Part shown: piece after piece, positions 61,138-64,000 of the stretch
Position numbering within the stretch: the first letter of the stretch is position 1
How the letters are laid out: each line of letters begins with the position of its first letter
From: Candidatus Thorarchaeota archaeon
GTDB lineage: Archaea > Asgardarchaeota > Thorarchaeia > Thorarchaeales > Thorarchaeaceae
DNA length: 64,000 nt
Direction of reading: 5' to 3'
NCBI GenBank assembly: GCA_963726195.1
Contig: CAVSBO010000003.1
Span: forward strand, 512,001 to 576,000
Position numbers and translations under genes: made by a program
The notes under the pieces: model-generated
What the model was told of the DNA's origin: nothing
The model's input: only the letters and a program-made list of their open reading frames with translations
Databases searched by the model: none

Positions 61138-62013
61138 CTAGTAACCCAAGCTAGCAAGGACAACAACCATCGCATTGTTGAAACCATGTGCGACTGCCGG
61201 TCCGAGTATGGAGTATCGTCTCTTGTCAGCAAGGTACCCCAAGAATAAGCTGAGAGCGAATAAGGATGGAAGTCCAGTCAAATCAAGATGAACAGCCGCG
61301 AAGATTAGCGAAGTGAGCGCAATCGCTATCGCTCTGCTTCTCTTTGAGCGAACCCGGAAGTACATCTGCACTCTCCGTTGCAGAAAACCTCTGAACACAG
61401 TCTCCTCGCTGAGCCCCACGACCACGAACATCACGACAATCCACGCTATGAGCTCCTGCGGACCTGACGCGGCAAACATGTTTGAGCCTGTTGAGATTGG
61501 TCTCCCAGTCACAGTGTAGATCATCCAGTTGATTAAGCCTGTCACTCCGATGTTCACCAAAAGCATGACCATGCCTACTCCAAGGCCCAAGGCTATGTCG
61601 GTTACAGGAGCAGATGACTTCAGCCCGACGGATGCAAGAGGCAAATGGCGCCTCCTAGCGTAGAGCACAGGAGGAATAATGAATCCAAACTCTGAGAGAG
61701 AAAGCAAGAGAAGCGCCCACGGGGCATAGCGTATTTCAACCGAGATTAGGTCGACTACTATCATCCTTGACACAATCAGAGGTATCATGATGACTACCAC
61801 TAGGGCCATCGTGAAAATGAACGAGGCTCCAGTGAAGAGCAGCACACGAAAGAGACTGTCCCAGTCAATCTCACGCTCGACTTGTGTGCCCGGCTCGTAA
61901 ATCTCAATCCCCCTATACTCTTCGAACTCGTAACGATCGGGATCTTCAATGACCAATGGCACAACCTGAGCGGAGTGGCCGGGGGTTTCGTGATAAAGTT
62001 GCTGATGTGCCAT
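61138..62013 (-). CDS. CPBP/Abi (Rce1-like) intramembrane protease
   Basis: EETVFRG, FAAVH, AHGFNN. Confidence 0.9.
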   Translation of the reverse strand: MAHQQLYHETPGHSAQVVPLVIEDPDRYEFEEYRGIEIYEPGTQVEREIDWDSLFRVLLFTGASFIFTMALVVVIMIPLIVSRMIVVDLISVEIRYAPWALLLLSLSEFGFIIPPVLYARRRHLPLASVGLKSSAPVTDIALGLGVGMVMLLVNIGVTGLINWMIYTVTGRPISTGSNMFAASGPQELIAWIVVMFVVVGLSEETVFRGFLQRRVQMYFRVRSKRSRAIAIALTSLIFAAVHLDLTGLPSLFALSLFLGYLADKRRYSILGPAVAHGFNNAMVVVLASLGY

Positions 62014-62094
62014 TCTTTATCAGTGTGCCAACAATTCTCCTCACGCGCAATTGCTGAAGGGAGAATTGTGGTCTCGAACAACGAAGACTACGAA

Positions 62095-64000
62095 ATGCCT
62101 GCGAGGCCCAGAAGAGGAACTGCACTGCTCGTGAGCACCATCGTAGTTGTTGCCATGTTCACCTTCGCTTTCGTAGCCCCGGGTGGTATCGGTCCAGCGG
62201 GAAGGACTGTCAGAGTAGCGGTCATCGACTCCGGTATAGATGCAGAGGGGATTCTCTGGGATAAGGTCGTGGCTGTGAGGAGCTTCGTAGACGTGAAGTA
62301 TGGGTACTCCAACACCGACAACTCCACCGAAGATAGTGCTCCTCACGGGTTTCTGCATGGTTCCTACGTGGCCAAGATTATTATCGAAAACGCCGCTAGT
62401 GCATTGTTTGTTAATGCGAAAGTCGTTGATGCAAGCAACACAGCACTTGAACTGGCGATCGTCGCGGCAATACATTGGGCGGTGATGGAACAGGATTGTA
62501 ATGTAATCAACCTGAGTCTAGGAGGTCTCGCGTCCAGTCAAGACATACTCCGTGATGAAGTGAAGTGGGCATTCGAGAGAGGAGTCACGGTTGTTGCTGC
62601 TGCAGGCAACAACGGTCAAGGAGGAATCGCAGGCAGTTCAGTGGAGTCGCCAGCAGCCTATATCCAAGCAATTGCCGTTGGAGCGGTCGATGATAAGGGA
62701 CTTCCGTACGTATTCTCAGGACGGGGGCCCCTAAGAAACGGCACAGCAAAACCGGATGTCTCAGCAGATGGATGGTATACGGACCGTGACACATCGACGA
62801 CGGTGCTCGGAACGAGCTTCGCGGCACCACGTGTCACTGCTGCCGCTGTCTCTTTGATTAGCCACTGCAAGGAAAAAGGATGGAAATGGACACCGGGAAT
62901 GGTCAAGGCCACGTTGATAGTTAGCGCACGCCATTCGTTGTCAGACTCTTGGGAAGTGGGAGCAGGCTACCTAGACACAGAATCAGCAATGACATACTTA
63001 GATGCTTTGCCTAGAGCGAACAACCTTCCTCTGGTTGCTTGTGTCCTGCCCGCCAATAGACCGTACAGCTTCGAGAAATGGTTTGTGAACTCTACGAGCA
63101 TCGTAGACTTCTCCGTATTCACGAGCAGCAATGCCACCCTCAATGTAGTTTACGGGGGTTCAGCAGCACCTTGGGTCACTGGGCCCGAGAGTATTGCAGT
63201 CAACCAGACTTCCTCCCTTTCCTTAAGAGTGTGTGTGGTCTCAAGCAGTCCAATTCATAACCTCAGAGCCTTGGTTACCCTTACTGCCCCCGAGTACCCG
63301 CCTGTTCATGCCCAGCTCAAGTTCAATGCGTCAGTTGGGATGGGCGTCGTCGCTTTCGACACAAGCCACACTCCATGGTGGATTGATTCTATTTTCGGTC
63401 AATTCAGGAAATTCTACGAGCTGCTCACTACATTGGGCATAGCTGTGGAGGAGATAACGAGCTCCGAACAACTACAGCTTAGCTCGATGCTGAAATACGA
63501 CGCTATCGTGATTCTGGATCCTTGTGCATGGAACTTTGTGACGGTGGATAACTGGTCGGTGGTTACGGGCTCCGCTTCGTACTCACAACAGGAGATTGAG
63601 TCATATTCCTCATATTGGAAAGCTGGGCGAGGGCTCTTGGTCGTGGGTCTGCAGAATTCGAGCATTGATGTTCAGAGTGTCAACCAGCTTCTTTCGCCTT
63701 TCAATGTCAGTATGAACTTTGACAGCATTCCGCCCATCACGATCGTTGTGAACGGGATTGCATCTACTATTGCTGTGACAAACCTGATAAATCATAATGT
63801 CACTCGCGGTGTAGAATCATTCGATTACAATGGCTGCTCTCTTAATCTCTCTGGCCAATGTTTTCGGCTTGCGTGGTCCGAGCTGAATTGGACTGATTCG
63901 AAGCGTATTTCCCATAGCGAGAACAAGACGGTAGTTGTCGGCCTTGAAGGAACGAATGGTAGCAGGCTACTGGTGATCGGCACCAACTACCTCTTTGATA
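62095..64000 (+). CDS. Secreted S8 subtilase with site-1 protease (MBTPS1/SKI-1)-like C-terminal domains; runs off the window and is absent from the ORF track
   Basis: Translated by hand: signal/anchor helix, VAVIDSG, HGSYVA, INLSLGG, AAAGN, KPDV, GTSFAAP; no stop codon up to 64000. Confidence 0.88.
   Translation, partial: MPARPRRGTALLVSTIVVVAMFTFAFVAPGGIGPAGRTVRVAVIDSGIDAEGILWDKVVAVRSFVDVKYGYSNTDNSTEDSAPHGFLHGSYVAKIIIENAASALFVNAKVVDASNTALELAIVAAIHWAVMEQDCNVINLSLGGLASSQDILRDEVKWAFERGVTVVAAAGNNGQGGIAGSSVESPAAYIQAIAVGAVDDKGLPYVFSGRGPLRNGTAKPDVSADGWYTDRDTSTTVLGTSFAAPRVTAAAVSLISHCKEKGWKWTPGMVKATLIVSARHSLSDSWEVGAGYLDTESAMTYLDALPRANNLPLVACVLPANRPYSFEKWFVNSTSIVDFSVFTSSNATLNVVYGGSAAPWVTGPESIAVNQTSSLSLRVCVVSSSPIHNLRALVTLTAPEYPPVHAQLKFNASVGMGVVAFDTSHTPWWIDSIFGQFRKFYELLTTLGIAVEEITSSEQLQLSSMLKYDAIVILDPCAWNFVTVDNWSVVTGSASYSQQEIESYSSYWKAGRGLLVVGLQNSSIDVQSVNQLLSPFNVSMNFDSIPPITIVVNGIASTIAVTNLINHNVTRGVESFDYNGCSLNLSGQCFRLAWSELNWTDSKRISHSENKTVVVGLEGTNGSRLLVIGTNYLFD

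Overview
Archaeal chromosomal segment, most likely from an Asgard archaeon (inferred Thorarchaeia-like). The call rests on archaeal core genes (top6A, radA, geranylgeranyl reductase, pheS/pheT, aRF1, ino1) together with eukaryotic-signature-type genes: two Rab-like small GTPases, a roadblock protein, a probable Vps28 C-terminal-domain protein and a site-1-protease-like subtilase. About 22.6-53.3 kb is a large catabolic island. It holds two FAD/CCG dehydrogenase pairs, SCP2, KDG kinase and KDPG aldolase, a dehydratase-class glycyl radical enzyme, an aminotransferase, RraA and UroD-like proteins, an APC permease, two DUF917 genes, a phosphoesterase/nucleotidyltransferase pair, a hydantoin racemase, an F420-type LLM, AOR and MoaD. 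A solo TnpB element sits inside the island and an orphan adenine methyltransferase follows it. At least 10 single-base frameshifts (9 are +1 insertions) hit ordinary genes, including essential pheS. This points to long-read errors, so apparent fusions, splits and odd codons need read-level checks. No rRNA, tRNA or CRISPR array was recognised. All family assignments come from motifs recognised by eye; no database searches were run.
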